From Candidatus Saccharimonadales bacterium (GTDB taxonomy: Bacteria; Patescibacteriota; Saccharimonadia; Saccharimonadales; SZUA-47), in the NCBI GenBank assembly GCA_041737385.1, contig JBGSRU010000002.1:269437-333436 (forward strand): 64,000 nucleotides of DNA, written 5' to 3'. Each line of letters opens with the position of its first letter. Position 1 is the stretch's first letter. The notes under the pieces were generated by a model. That model was not told where the DNA came from and ran no database searches. It worked only from the letters and a program-made list of their open reading frames with translations. Shown here in pieces: positions 55,471 to 64,000 of this stretch. The position numbers and the translations under genes were made by a program.

Positions 55471-57699
55471 ATGAATTTAAGCGATAACGAAAAACGAGAT
55501 GTAATTAAATATCTAGAGGCTGGCAAGCCCCTGCCAGAGAAATATCGTTTTTTGTTATTTGATGACGCTCGCGAAGTTGAATTACTGTGGAATGGCAAGA
55601 CTAATGAAGTTACAAATACCGTCCTACCATTCCAAGTTATTGAACAGATTGATGAGCCACGGAGTGACGACAAAATTGGACTACAATCAACATTGTTTGA
55701 CGATAGCGGTAGACAGTTAACAGGTTGGACTAACAAGTTAATATGGGGCGATAACAAGCTAATTTTGTCATCCCTGAGTAATGGCCCATTTCGTAAAGAA
55801 ATTGAAGCTCAAGGCGGATTAAAGCTGATATATATTGACCCGCCTTTTGATGTTGGTGCAGATTTTTCAATGGATATATCAATTGGAGAAAGCCAAGACG
55901 AACAAAGTTTTACAAAGAAACCGTCCGTCATTGAAGAGATTGCATATCGTGACACTTGGGGTAAGGGTGCTGACAGCTTCATATCAATGGTGTATGAACG
56001 CCTAAAATTAATGCATGATTTACTGGCTGAAAACGGTAGTATATATGTTCATTGTGACTGGAGAGTAAATGGTTACATGCGTCTAGTGCTAGACGAAATC
56101 TTTGGTAAAGATAATTTTTTGAATGAGATTTTATGGAAAAGAAGAACAAACACAGTAAAAGCTATATCAAATAAATTTCAAATCAATACAGATACAATCT
56201 TCGTTTATACGAAGTCAAAGGGGAGCTATCAGTTTAATCTTCAGTATGGAGAGTATCCGAAAGAATATCTAGATAGGTTTAAGTACGAAGATGAAAAAGG
56301 TAAATTCAGGTGGCAAGTAATGGCTACATACTCAGAGGCAAGGCTAGCTTCTCTACAAAGAGAAGACAAAGTTAGATTTTCAAAGGGTGCAAAATATCCC
56401 GAGTTCAAGCAGTATGTATACGAATTAAAAGGTAAGCCCATAGAGAATGTTTGGGATGATTTAAACATGATAAATGCTATGGGAGATGAAAGACTCGGCT
56501 ATGCTACCCAGAAGCCTGAAGTGCTACTTGAAAGAATTATCAAGGCGTCGTCAAATGAGGGTGACTTAGTCGCTGACTTCTTCTGTGGTTCAGGAACAAC
56601 CATGGCTGTAGCTGAAAAATTAAATAGAAAATGGATAGGCTCGGACCTAGGCAAGTTTGGCGTCCATACTTCTCGGAAGCGAATGATTGATGTACAGCGT
56701 AAGTTAAAAAAAGACGGTGTTAACTTCAGAGCTTTTGAAATATTAAATGTCGGTAGATATGAACGAGATAGCTACTTAAATGTTAATGACGACTTGCGTG
56801 TCGAAGAAAAGGCCCAGCAAGCTATAAGAAAAGAAAAAGAGTTTGTTAAGCTAATTATTACAGCATACAAGGCAGAGCCTGTTGAGTCGTTTGTAAACAT
56901 TGTTGGGAAGAAAAGAGATAGGTTAGTAGCAGTTGGTCCAATTAGTACGCCTGTTTCGTCTAAGCAAGTGGACGATATAGTAGCTGAGTGTAAAGACAAA
57001 GGCATTACAAAGGTTGACATACTTGGGTTTGACTACGAAATGGGATTAGATTTTCATGCATACGCCAGTCAAGGCATAGATGTTGCATTTAGGATAATAC
57101 CAAGGGAAGTGTTTGATAAAAAAGCTGTGGAGCGAGGACATGTTAAGTTCTACGATGTTGCTTTTATTGAAGCTAAACCAACCGTTAAAGGTCCGATGAA
57201 TAAGAAAGAAGTATCAATAGAATTGACCGACTTCTCCGTTTTTTATAATCAAGATGACTCCGGCGAAGTTGCAGAGGCATTACGCCCCGGCGGAGAAAAG
57301 GTCATTGTAGAAAACGGCCAAGTAGTAAAAGTTTCAAAAGATAAAGAGAGCGATATTATCTCAAAAGAAGTACTAACCAAAAAATGGAGCGACTGGGTTG
57401 ACTATTGGGCTGTGGACTTTGACTTTTCAAGCCGAAAAGAAATGATTAGAGTACCAAAAACTCATGGAGATAATCTATTTGAAAAAGGTAAAGTTCAGGA
57501 ATTGCTTGAGTTTGAAGATGTGTGGACTGGAGACTACATATTTGATAACGAATGGCAGAGTTTTAGGACAAAAAAGAACAGAGAGCTTGAACTGACCTCA
57601 GCGGCAAAAGAAGTTGGGCGAGGCAAATATAAAGTAGCAATCAAAGTTGTAGACATATTTGGTAATGACACTACTCGGGTTATTGAGGTAGAGGTATAG
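55471..57699 (+). CDS. mod: Type III restriction-modification DNA methyltransferase (Mod, N6-adenine/N4-cytosine beta class)
   Basis: Motif IV LIYIDPPFD precedes motif I DFFCGSGTTMAVAEKLNRKWIGSDL. The N-terminal EKYRFLLF...LIWGDNKL region is typical of type III Mod proteins. It lies directly upstream of res. Confidence 0.85.
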   Translation: MNLSDNEKRDVIKYLEAGKPLPEKYRFLLFDDAREVELLWNGKTNEVTNTVLPFQVIEQIDEPRSDDKIGLQSTLFDDSGRQLTGWTNKLIWGDNKLILSSLSNGPFRKEIEAQGGLKLIYIDPPFDVGADFSMDISIGESQDEQSFTKKPSVIEEIAYRDTWGKGADSFISMVYERLKLMHDLLAENGSIYVHCDWRVNGYMRLVLDEIFGKDNFLNEILWKRRTNTVKAISNKFQINTDTIFVYTKSKGSYQFNLQYGEYPKEYLDRFKYEDEKGKFRWQVMATYSEARLASLQREDKVRFSKGAKYPEFKQYVYELKGKPIENVWDDLNMINAMGDERLGYATQKPEVLLERIIKASSNEGDLVADFFCGSGTTMAVAEKLNRKWIGSDLGKFGVHTSRKRMIDVQRKLKKDGVNFRAFEILNVGRYERDSYLNVNDDLRVEEKAQQAIRKEKEFVKLIITAYKAEPVESFVNIVGKKRDRLVAVGPISTPVSSKQVDDIVAECKDKGITKVDILGFDYEMGLDFHAYASQGIDVAFRIIPREVFDKKAVERGHVKFYDVAFIEAKPTVKGPMNKKEVSIELTDFSVFYNQDDSGEVAEALRPGGEKVIVENGQVVKVSKDKESDIISKEVLTKKWSDWVDYWAVDFDFSSRKEMIRVPKTHGDNLFEKGKVQELLEFEDVWTGDYIFDNEWQSFRTKKNRELELTSAAKEVGRGKYKVAIKVVDIFGNDTTRVIEVEV

Positions 57700-57700
57700 C

Positions 57701-60391
57701 ATGGCTCTACATAAAGACTTTCCAACAGACCCTTACGCTATATTAGACCCAAGTATTCGCTGGTTTCCCGCTGATGAAGATTTGAGGGACAAGGGGCACG
57801 AGAAGCTACTCCCACCACTTGTTGCTGACTTGCGAAAAAAAGTTAAGGAATGGCGACTGCTCAATTATGAGGGTGCAAGTGATACATCTATTGCACTGCT
57901 AAACTGGTGGTTCAAAGAAGACCATATTCAATACAATCAAGACGGCTCTTCGTACATTTTTAGATACTACTTTGCACAGCGTGAAGCACTTGAAACAGTT
58001 GTCTGGCTTTACGAAGTTGCTAAGGTAAAAGATAAGTACGACCTCATACGATACAACTCCACTGGTGTGCTAAGTGCAGGCATGTTTACAGAGGAATGGC
58101 TTCGGTTCGTAATCAAGATGGCTACTGGTGCTGGAAAGACAAAAGTCATGAGCCTTGTGCTCGCATGGGCTTACTTTCACAAAAAATATGAGGAAGACTC
58201 ACAACTGTCAAAGAACTTCCTCTTAATTGCCCCCAATGTGATTGTGTTTGAGCGTATAAAGAATGACTTTGAGGGATTGAAGATATTCCATGAAGACCCT
58301 GTACTTCCTGATAATGGCTATCGTGGTCAGAATTGGCAGGATGACTTCCAACTCACGCTTCACTTACAAGACAATCTACGGAACATTTCTGACACGGGCA
58401 ACATCTTCCTTACTAACATACATCGTGTGTTCGAGTCGGATGTTAAGAACGCCAGTGCTGATGACGAAGACTCATCGACCTATTTCTTAGGCGACAAGCC
58501 TGTGACTAAAACAAATGACTCAACAGTTGACCTAGGAATGATAGTTAGAGATATTGATGAGTTGATTGTTATCAATGATGAAGCTCATCATATATGGGAC
58601 GAAAAGTTAGCATGGGCAAAGTCAATTCAAGATATAGACAACCAGTTAAAGCAAAAGGGCTCAGGGTTATCACTACAGCTTGATGTTACGGCTACACCAA
58701 AGAAGCGAGACGGTTCAATCTTTGTACAGACAATTAGTGACTACCCTCTTGTCGAGGCAATACACCAACAGATTGTTAAAAACCCTGTTGTGCCTGACGC
58801 CGCAAGTCGGGGTAAGTTACATGAAAACCAAAGCTCACTGTTTAGTGAAAAATATAGAGACTTTATTAACCTTGGTATTGAAGAGTGGCGTAAAACCTAC
58901 GATGAATTGAAGCCTATGGGCAAGAAGTCAATCTTGTTCATAATGACAGATGACACTAAGAACTGTGATGAAGTAGCAGAATATATCAGAACTAGCTTTG
59001 CTGATTTGCGAGACGGCGTACTAACTATTCATACCAATAAGAGTGGCGATATCTCAGAAAGCGTTTCAGGAAAGAACAAAGACGAGCTAGATATACTCCG
59101 TAAGCAAGCTAACGAGATTGATAGTTGGGAAAGCCCATTCAAAGTAATCATTTCTGTAATGATGTTGAAAGAGGGTTGGGATGTTAAGAATGTAACTACT
59201 ATTGTTGGACTAAGGCCATATGCCGCTGACTCTAAAATCTTACCCGAACAAACACTTGGTCGTGGTTTGCGTAGAATGTTCTTTGGTCGAGATGATGTAA
59301 AAGAATATGTCAGCGTAGTTGGTACGCCAGCCTTTATGGAGTTCGTGGAGTCAATCAAGGGCGAGGGCGTTATCTTAGAAAAGAAAGCCATGGGCACAGG
59401 CTCTAAGCCAATAGCACCTATGGTTGTTGAGGTAGACAGCGAAAATCCACAAAAAGATATTGAAAAGCTAGATATTGAAATACCAATCATGACTCCAAGA
59501 ATACAGCGGGAGTACAAGAACCTTTCTGACTTAGATGTATCAAAGTTTGGTAACAAAAAAGTTTCAATAAAAACATTTACTGAGCAAGAAAAGCGAGAGA
59601 TTGTTTTCAAGGATGTTGTTGGCGAAAACGAACATCACACTACTGTACTTAGTGGCGAGATAAACCCTGACTACCAAAGCGTGATTGGCTTCTTCGCACA
59701 AGCGATTATGCGAGAGCTAAGACTGTTTGGTTGCTATGACATTTTGTTTGGCAAGGTCAGAGAATTCGTGCACCAGTATATGTTTGAGAACGAAGTTGAG
59801 CTGTCTGATTTGAACATGCTCAGAAACCTATCCGAAGTTGAGTATATTCATCTGATAAAAGACTCGTTCAAAAAAGCAATCAACGAACTAACGGTTCAAG
59901 ATAGTGGCGATACCGAGATAAAGAACTATATCAAGATAAGTGAGTCACGCCCATTCGTCGTGAATGACAAGGGTTTCGTTGTACCTAAAAAGTCAGTCTT
60001 CAATAAAATTGTCGGCGATAGCGATTTTGAGCTAGTGTTTGCTGGCTTTATAGAGGGATGTGAGGATGTTATTTCGTTTACCAAGAACTTCCAAAACAAA
60101 GAAGCTAGTGCCCTGCGAATTGAGTATAAAAACTCTGAGGGCTTCATAGCTAACTACTACCCTGACTTCTTTGTAAAAACTGATAGCAAAACGGTCTATA
60201 TAATTGAAACTAAGGGTCGTGAAGAAGAAGATGACAAGCTAAAATTTGAGCGTCTAAAAAAGTGGTGTGATGATGTTAATGACCGCCAAAGCAAAATGGC
60301 CTATAATGCTCTCTACATAAAACAAGAAGAATGGAATAGAGACAGACTAAAGAGCTTCGATGAGGTTGTCCGAGTATTTGGAGATAAGTAG
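57701..60391 (+). CDS. res: Type III restriction endonuclease Res subunit (SF2 helicase plus PD-(D/E)XK nuclease)
   Basis: Walker A MATGAGKT, DEAHH, MLKEGWDV and the C-terminal YYPDFFV...YIIETKG nuclease motif. It starts 1 nt after the mod stop. Confidence 0.85.
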   Translation: MALHKDFPTDPYAILDPSIRWFPADEDLRDKGHEKLLPPLVADLRKKVKEWRLLNYEGASDTSIALLNWWFKEDHIQYNQDGSSYIFRYYFAQREALETVVWLYEVAKVKDKYDLIRYNSTGVLSAGMFTEEWLRFVIKMATGAGKTKVMSLVLAWAYFHKKYEEDSQLSKNFLLIAPNVIVFERIKNDFEGLKIFHEDPVLPDNGYRGQNWQDDFQLTLHLQDNLRNISDTGNIFLTNIHRVFESDVKNASADDEDSSTYFLGDKPVTKTNDSTVDLGMIVRDIDELIVINDEAHHIWDEKLAWAKSIQDIDNQLKQKGSGLSLQLDVTATPKKRDGSIFVQTISDYPLVEAIHQQIVKNPVVPDAASRGKLHENQSSLFSEKYRDFINLGIEEWRKTYDELKPMGKKSILFIMTDDTKNCDEVAEYIRTSFADLRDGVLTIHTNKSGDISESVSGKNKDELDILRKQANEIDSWESPFKVIISVMMLKEGWDVKNVTTIVGLRPYAADSKILPEQTLGRGLRRMFFGRDDVKEYVSVVGTPAFMEFVESIKGEGVILEKKAMGTGSKPIAPMVVEVDSENPQKDIEKLDIEIPIMTPRIQREYKNLSDLDVSKFGNKKVSIKTFTEQEKREIVFKDVVGENEHHTTVLSGEINPDYQSVIGFFAQAIMRELRLFGCYDILFGKVREFVHQYMFENEVELSDLNMLRNLSEVEYIHLIKDSFKKAINELTVQDSGDTEIKNYIKISESRPFVVNDKGFVVPKKSVFNKIVGDSDFELVFAGFIEGCEDVISFTKNFQNKEASALRIEYKNSEGFIANYYPDFFVKTDSKTVYIIETKGREEEDDKLKFERLKKWCDDVNDRQSKMAYNALYIKQEEWNRDRLKSFDEVVRVFGDK

Positions 60392-60969
60392 TGGATGACC
60401 TAGAGTTGTCCGCTAATGTATTCCACGAACAAGCTGTACAGGCTTATGTGTCCTCTAGAATGTTGCTGGCTACTACCTCGTTATTCCCAGTAGGTTTGTA
60501 TAGCGCGCATCTAGCATGTGAATGTATGTTGAAATCATTAACTGCTCAGTCAGGCTCACATCCTGTGCAGAAGCACGATTTATTAATGCTGAACACTAAC
60601 TTGCAGATAGCAATAAATGACAATGATTTATTAGGACAAGAATATATACGAATACTTACTTGGCTCAATCCATATAGTGAGCTAGGTAGGTATGGTGCTT
60701 TAGCAAGGCCACAAAATGATCCCGATAGAGTTATATCAGGACCAGTACAAGTAAGAGGTGCTGTATCATCACAACCGTCGGGTGATATGAAAGATATAGA
60801 TTTTGTTTTCACTCTGTTAAGAAGTATATCAACGGTTGAAAATGATATAATAAGTAAAATTGTTGCTGGCAAAACAGTCAGAGGCTGGAACTCATCTGTT
60901 TCCATCGAGGAAGTAGTGCTGGCGCATAACAAATATACTAATCTTCTCAATAAATCAACAGGGATCTAA
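60391..60969 (+). CDS. HEPN-domain-like protein coupled to res
   Basis: The GTG start overlaps the res TAG by 1 nt. The pattern AHLACECMLKSL...VQKHDLLML...YSELGRYG fits the HEPN helix arrangement (A.E..LK.L...H.L..L......RY). Confidence 0.5.
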   Translation: MDDLELSANVFHEQAVQAYVSSRMLLATTSLFPVGLYSAHLACECMLKSLTAQSGSHPVQKHDLLMLNTNLQIAINDNDLLGQEYIRILTWLNPYSELGRYGALARPQNDPDRVISGPVQVRGAVSSQPSGDMKDIDFVFTLLRSISTVENDIISKIVAGKTVRGWNSSVSIEEVVLAHNKYTNLLNKSTGI

Positions 60970-61008
60970 ATCACAGCTTTAATGTTTATAAATGCGATTC
61001 TTAAATAA

Positions 61009-61034
61009 AATAAGAGGCTACGCAGCCTCTTATT
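61009..61034. terminator. Bidirectional terminator hairpin between convergent genes
   Basis: AATAAGAGGCT-acgc-AGCCTCTTATT, an 11-bp stem with A/T-rich flanks on both sides. Confidence 0.55.
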
Positions 61035-61167
61035 GTTGGAAGGTGTGACCTTTCTAGCGCTGTTGGTGTTTTGAATACAATCTAAATTGCACAGGTAGCT
61101 CCTCAAGTTCTCTATAATCCAGCCACTTTTCCATTGACCCCTAACACTATACGAACACGTTGAACTT

Positions 61168-61383
61168 TTACACTGTGTGGCAGTTAGTGCAGAATGCGCA
61201 ACCATCAATCACTGCCTGACTATATCTAAGTCTGGCTTCATTAACCGCAAGTGCACAGTTAGCATGAAAGCCTAGATCTATGCGATGCTCTGGCAATGGG
61301 TACGTACACTGATTCGTATGTTGAGTATCATGAACTTCATGATGACCGTTATATTCTTGCGAGTTTAATACGTAAAATGGCAT
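61168..61383 (-). CDS. Small Cys/His-rich protein, function unknown
   Basis: 71 aa with HHEVH, C..LP, and C and C..C.H at the C-terminus, suggesting metal binding. It resembles a widespread uncharacterised small-protein family (from memory). Confidence 0.45.
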   Translation of the reverse strand: MPFYVLNSQEYNGHHEVHDTQHTNQCTYPLPEHRIDLGFHANCALAVNEARLRYSQAVIDGCAFCTNCHTV

Positions 61384-61618
61384 ATTGTCTCCTTTCTTGA
61401 TTTTACAGTCTTTTTATACCCTCGTGACTGTTTAACGATGTTTGTGTTCCAGAAGCTTTTATTCTTCGTTGTTTCTTGTTTTATATTGTATCAAAATAAT
61501 TAGACAATAACTCCTTATATTACGATTTTAAACATTGTAATATTGACATATTTGACATTGCTCGTTATACTTCCCAGCAAGCATAACGAGCAAAATTATT
61601 AAAAGACGGGCAACTATT

Positions 61619-62395
61619 ATGACTTTTCCACAAATTATTCGAAAATTAAGAGCAGATAACAGCTTAAGCCAGCAGGATCTTGCTGACTACGTTGATATTG
61701 CTCGCGCAACCTATGTTGGCTTGGAGAACGGTCGACGTGACCCGAATTTGAGCGAAATTAAGGCAATTGCCGAGTACTATCAAATATCGCCCCAGGAATT
61801 AATTGACGGGAAGTTGACTGATAAGAAGGCTCCTGCTGTAGTCATTCTCGAATCTAACACAGCCGAACTAACACAAGTTGTTAATCTCAACAAAGAAAAG
61901 TTTAGAGAAGTAGTTCTGTATATACTCAACAAAGTAGGCGCCAAACCTAATGTGGGCGAAACTGTGTTATATAAGCTATTGTACTTTATTGACTTTGATT
62001 ATTACGAGCAAAAAAATACATCTATAACGGGTATGCAGTATGTGAAAAATCACTTCGGTCCGACTCCAAGAAAGAGGGATTTTGACGCAATTATAGATGC
62101 AATGAGCGCTCAAAAAGAAATCGAATTAATCAAAACAAAATATGCAACAAAAGATCAAAAAAAGTACCTCCCAGCAAAGAGCCCTCAACTTACTAATTTG
62201 AGTGCAGATGAGATTAAGCATATCGACGAAGTACTTAGCAGATTAAGCGACAAAAACGCCACAGAGCTATCTGACCTGTCCCACAGGGATATGCCATGGA
62301 TAGCATCAGACCCAAACGAGGTTATAGATTACGACCTTGTTTTTTACCGTACACCAGTAACAGCTAGAAGTAACAGCAGCGATGATCCCCTTTGA
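61619..62395 (+). CDS. XRE-family HTH fused to a Panacea (DUF4065/SocA-like) antitoxin domain
   Basis: N-terminal IIRKLRADNSLSQQDLADYVDIARATYVGLENGRRDP HTH. The central KLLYFIDFDYYEQKNTSITGMQYVKNHFGPTP is typical of DUF4065. Confidence 0.7.
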   Translation: MTFPQIIRKLRADNSLSQQDLADYVDIARATYVGLENGRRDPNLSEIKAIAEYYQISPQELIDGKLTDKKAPAVVILESNTAELTQVVNLNKEKFREVVLYILNKVGAKPNVGETVLYKLLYFIDFDYYEQKNTSITGMQYVKNHFGPTPRKRDFDAIIDAMSAQKEIELIKTKYATKDQKKYLPAKSPQLTNLSADEIKHIDEVLSRLSDKNATELSDLSHRDMPWIASDPNEVIDYDLVFYRTPVTARSNSSDDPL

Positions 62396-62774
62396 TCAGG
62401 CACCTGAGTTTGAGAAAGAATTAAAAAAGCTTTCTAAAAAATGGCGATCTCTACCTACGGATTTAATTCGTGCCCAGAGAGTTATATCCGGTATATATGA
62501 GCCTCAGCGAGGCGTTTCTGCTTCTGAAATTAAAAGTGAGTTTTTTGCAGGCAACAATGTGACTCAGATAAAAATAGCTGATAGTTATGAAGTGGTAAAA
62601 ATGCGACTGTATTGCAAGGATCTTCGGACAGATAAAATGATTAGAATCGTGTTTATTTTTATAAAAACTCATGACCAAATTCTGCTGATTGAAATGTATG
62701 CTCACAACGATAAAAGCAGAGAAGATGATTATCGTATAGATAAATACTCCAAGAAAATCGAGACAGACATATGA
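62382..62774 (+). CDS. Putative toxin partner of the Panacea antitoxin (RelE/ParE-superfamily-like, weak)
   Basis: It overlaps the antitoxin gene by 14 nt. It is 130 aa. EFEKELKKLSKKW...RIVFIFIKTHDQILLIEMYAHNDKSRED resembles the RelE/ParE-type toxin layout. Confidence 0.45.
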   Translation: MIPFDQAPEFEKELKKLSKKWRSLPTDLIRAQRVISGIYEPQRGVSASEIKSEFFAGNNVTQIKIADSYEVVKMRLYCKDLRTDKMIRIVFIFIKTHDQILLIEMYAHNDKSREDDYRIDKYSKKIETDI

Positions 62775-63187
62775 AAAATTGGTGGTTATACGTTTTAAGA
62801 CTAGAGCAAGGGAAGTACTACGTTGGTATCACTTCTCAAACACCTGAGATACGGATGCAAGAGCATGTTGATGGAGTACGCGGTGCGTACTGGACAAAGC
62901 AGTACAAGCCTATAGAAATTTTCTACAAAGAACAAATTGGTGCAATGGAAAAAGCAGATGCAGAGAAAATAGAAAATGTTTCAGTTAGAAAATACATGAA
63001 ACAGTTTGGTTTAAATAATGTTAGAGGCGGGGACCTGACTGGAAACCTAACAGTTTCAAAAACTGGTGAATACTCGAAATTTTTTGGCTATATTTATATG
63101 AAGCGTGAACTAGACGCAGCTAAATTCATATACTTTTTGATTTTTTGTATGCTTGTTATGTTTTTCCTTGGTCGCCTTTCAGCATAA
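62771..63187 (+). CDS. GIY-YIG nuclease-domain protein with a C-terminal TM segment
   Basis: WWLYVLRLEQGKYYVGIT...R..EH...E...NVRGG motifs. A hydrophobic tail FIYFLIFCMLVMFFLG. An ATGA overlap with the upstream toxin gene. Confidence 0.65.
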   Translation: MKNWWLYVLRLEQGKYYVGITSQTPEIRMQEHVDGVRGAYWTKQYKPIEIFYKEQIGAMEKADAEKIENVSVRKYMKQFGLNNVRGGDLTGNLTVSKTGEYSKFFGYIYMKRELDAAKFIYFLIFCMLVMFFLGRLSA

Positions 63188-63285
63188 AGGCTACATACCT
63201 ATGAAGAGTAGGCTGCTGCAGAACACACAGCAAGATAAGTGTTAGTCCCGCTAGTTACTGTGCTGCTACTTAGATTTGATTGTGC

Positions 63286-63314
63286 TTGACATATTATATA
63301 TAAAGTAATATAAT
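63286..63314 (+). promoter_or_regulatory. Consensus sigma70 promoter of the terminal methyltransferase gene
   Basis: TTGACA (63286-63291), a 17-nt spacer, then TATAAT (63309-63314). ATG 63324 lies 9 nt downstream. Confidence 0.6.
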
Positions 63315-63323
63315 ATTATAATT

Positions 63324-64000
63324 ATGCGAAGCAGTTTTGAAGGTGTTCCAAGTAACCCTGTAATATTTAATAATAGCGGAAACCACATTGGCCCGAACAA
63401 TGCAGGCACCATTGATGATCCTCAGAACTTGTGGGCGAGTGTCCAAAACACTTTGGGGTGGTCAATGGGCACAATATTCGTTGATGGTGACTTTGGTCAG
63501 CATGCGAACGAAAGAACTGTGAGTGAAGAAGTAGCCAAAAACGACGCTGCTAGACTCGTTGATAAAGCTAATGGTACTTATGCCGACCATCGTGGGCTAG
63601 CAAGTCTTGGTCTTTTTCTAGGCGTATTTGATCCTATAACAGGAACTATCGACGACGAACGATTAAAGGCAGAGTTTCATGGTGGTAAATCAGTTTTAGA
63701 TGTAGGGGCAGGACTAGGAATATTGAGTCAGGATTTGCGTGATAACACGGATGCTTTTGTTGTTGATGTCGATTTTTCTACTGAAGTACTACAAGGTGCA
63801 AACGACAGAGCGTCTAGAGCACAAGTTTGTTCTGATGGGCTTACTTTGCCTTTTGCTGATAATACATTCGATCGCACAATAGCAATGCTATCAACCAATC
63901 TACATACACCTACGCTTGAAGGCCACCTTGGAGCGTTAATGGAAAAACTACGCGTCACAAATGTCGGAGGTAGAGTATTGTCTACGCCAGTTTTCCCGGC
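63324..64000 (+). CDS. Class I SAM-dependent methyltransferase (3' end beyond the window)
   Basis: My own translation is open from ATG 63324 to the window end. This ORF is not in the supplied track. It has motif I VLDVGAGLGIL, post-I VVDVDFS and LPFADNTFD. Confidence 0.6.
   Translation, partial: MRSSFEGVPSNPVIFNNSGNHIGPNNAGTIDDPQNLWASVQNTLGWSMGTIFVDGDFGQHANERTVSEEVAKNDAARLVDKANGTYADHRGLASLGLFLGVFDPITGTIDDERLKAEFHGGKSVLDVGAGLGILSQDLRDNTDAFVVDVDFSTEVLQGANDRASRAQVCSDGLTLPFADNTFDRTIAMLSTNLHTPTLEGHLGALMEKLRVTNVGGRVLSTPVFP

Noticed and set aside
55275-55757. A 160-aa minus-strand ORF spanning the mod start and upstream spacer.
   Set aside because: It overlaps the well-supported mod N-terminus in antisense. 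Its composition is Ser/Leu/Cys-rich and non-protein-like, with no RBS.

Overview
The window comes from an AT-rich bacterial chromosome with tightly packed, often overlapping genes. Any taxonomic assignment (a reduced-genome, CPR/Patescibacteria-like organism) is only a low-confidence guess. The sequence divides into two parts.

**Core region, 1 to about 41.9 kb.** This is ordinary housekeeping sequence:
- a truncated NDH-2-like oxidoreductase and an FAD-linked oxidase
- a DsbA-like protein paired with a CxxC membrane protein
- a 1339-aa surface protein
- an oxidative pentose-phosphate operon (pgl-gnd-zwf)
- a riboflavin kinase, an ABC exporter and a BaiN-like flavoprotein
- a complete divergent purine de novo cluster: purK-E-M-L-H on the minus strand, and purC, an ATP-grasp gene, purF-D-N and folD on the plus strand
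- tRNA-Gln(UUG) with duplicated 3'-end fragments
- two phosphoribosyltransferases, queA, msrA and a UvrD-like helicase-nuclease

**Accessory region, about 41.9 kb to the window end.** It is built from short transcription units separated by a family of structured intergenic repeats, present in four copies with compensatory stem changes. A recurring ATGCTGGTTT module sits just upstream of the promoters. The region carries:
- antibiotic-resistance-like genes: a Lnu-like nucleotidyltransferase, an APH-like kinase, and an ABC-F ATPase with a uORF/terminator attenuator
- a UmuC-like polymerase with an uncharacterised 94-aa partner
- a type III R-M system with a coupled HEPN gene
- an HTH-Panacea(DUF4065)/toxin/GIY-YIG operon

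**Most unusual locus, 52.28 to 54.88 kb.** A Phe-codon-rich leader peptide and a terminator/antiterminator lie upstream of an operon. The operon encodes a 63-aa acidic protein, a single-chain mitochondrial-type (FARS2-like) PheRS homolog with an altered motif-2 pocket, and a DUF711/UPF0210-like protein.

Many genes appear leaderless, with a -10 box 6-9 nt upstream of the ATG. No CRISPR array, rRNA, transposase or integrase was seen. All homology calls come from reading motifs by eye, and no database search was run.
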